In this document: positions 8,957 through 10,136 of the stretch, piece after piece | How positions within the stretch are numbered: the stretch's first letter is position 1 | Layout: every line of letters begins with the position of its first letter | Assembly (NCBI GenBank): GCA_051294375.1 | Contig: JBJCIZ010001138.1 | Location: 1-10,136 of the forward strand | Length of the DNA: 10,136 nucleotides | DNA from: Paraspadella gotoi | Taxonomy: Eukaryota > Animalia > Chaetognatha | Reading direction: 5' to 3' | Notes under the pieces: generated by a model | Seen by the model: the letters and a program-made list of their open reading frames with translations, nothing else | What the model was told of the DNA's origin: nothing | The model's database searches: none | Position numbers and translations under genes: made by a program

Positions 8957-9127
8957 AATTATTCAGTTATTAATCAATTAGTCAATTAATTGATCAATAA
9001 TTAATTAATCAGTCGATTAATCAATCAAAACAAACATTTCGGATCAAATTAATAAATTAATTGCCTAATTGATTAATTAACTTGAATTAATTAATTAATT
9101 ATTAATTATTAATTAATTAATTAATTA
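8957..9127. repeat. Degenerate (TTAA)n/(ATTA)n AT-rich block
   Basis: Perfect runs at 9085-9100 and 9108-9127, with taatcaat/taattgat variants upstream. Confidence 0.92.
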
Positions 9128-9839
9128 CCGATAATGATCGTGGGCAGATCCGACATTGTTTGCTCAAACTTGTTTAAAGTTAAACTGACGTCTAACGTCG
9201 TTATTTGTTTATGTTCTTTTCTACAACTTTTTTTTTGTTTAAAAAAATTAACATAACTTTTTTAGTTGCCTCGATAAAAGGGCTTATCTTTCGAGGAAGG
9301 AAAACCTTAAATTATCTCTTTCTTGTTTGTTAAAATGAAACTTGCAACGCAAATATTGTACATCATTGTACTTCTTAATAATCTCTTTGTTAATACCGGG
9401 AATAGTTTACGTTTTTTTGTTTTTGTTTAGTTCGTCTTTTTTTTTTCGACTTGGCTAATTCGTGCTCTATTTCCTTTTTTTTCGTTCCTCTTTTTTTTCT
9501 CCCTCGAGTTTTTTTGTTTTGTTTGTTTTTGTTTCTATTTTTCTCCTTTTCTCCTTTTTTCCCCTGTTTGTTGCCCGTGTTCCTCCTTTACCGAATAACT
9601 TTCACCGCATCTACGTATATAATTTGCAACTTTTATCGCCCCAACTCTCCTATTTACGTCCAACTCCGAAGCACCCATGGGCCCACGGAATGAGAAGATA
9701 ACGTGACGGGCTCTGCGGTAGTTGCCGCAAACGCTATGGCAGCTTTTGCCGCAAATTGCTGCATATTTTACCTCGGGTATCGTTGGCAGGTTTGTCGTTC
9801 CGGTTTCGGATGATGAGAGACGAAATTAATGCTAATGCG

Positions 9840-9899
9840 GACGATGATGATGACGAAGGCGACGATGGCGATGACGACGACGACGACAATGACTACGAA
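9840..9899. repeat. Imperfect (GAC/GAT)n tract
   Basis: In-phase GAC/GAT triplets with GAA, GGC, AAT and TAC interruptions. Confidence 0.88.
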
Positions 9900-10006
9900 T
9901 GGGAGAGGAGACTCGAGAGAGAGATTTTGCTTGATTTCGAATTATTATTAACGATAACGACGAAACCGATTGGAAAGACGAAGTTGACGGAGACAATTGT
10001 TATGTC

Positions 10007-10009
<3 letters not shown>

Positions 10010-10045
<36 letters not shown>
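10010..10045. repeat. Perfect (GAC)12 microsatellite
   Basis: 36 nt uninterrupted. Confidence 0.98.
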
Positions 10046-10136
10046 CGAAGCAATAGTGCCAAATATGTTTTTTGATTATTTTTCACGTGTAAGTAGAGAG
10101 AGAAAGAGAGAAAGAGTTATCGTTGAGATTAATATA

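Larger units (their letters stand above)
9810..10136 (+). other. Open-ended low-complexity ORF (acidic N-terminus, poly-Thr), coding status unproven
   Basis: ATG at 9810 and no in-frame stop to the window end. The frame is stop-free from 9702. A GTAAGT donor-like site lies at 10089-10094. Confidence 0.2.

Noticed and set aside
1-10136. CRISPR array, operon or prokaryotic defence system
   Set aside because: There are no regularly spaced repeats with unique spacers and no gene-dense architecture. The sequence is microsatellite-rich and eukaryote-like.

Overview
This window looks like eukaryotic non-coding (intronic or intergenic) DNA. I recognise no protein-coding gene, RNA gene, CRISPR array or intact mobile element. 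It is dominated by simple repeats: about ten mostly imperfect (GA)n/(CT)n tracts, five (GAC)/(GTC)-type tracts, a TTAA/ATTA-rich block and many A/T homopolymers. Most listed ORFs are by-products of these repeats (poly-SL, poly-RE, F/L- or K-rich). CpG appears abundant by eye, which suggests a weakly methylated genome such as an arthropod or other invertebrate (inference). The best leads are modest. They are a stop-free, strongly acidic reading frame at the right edge that the ORF track missed, a GACA/GACG-rich segment resembling a Helentron-associated (DINE-1/HINE-like) remnant, a cluster of inverted repeats at 5891-6070, clustered minus-strand splice donors, and a few exact regulatory motifs. 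I find no supportable evidence for a new multi-gene system.
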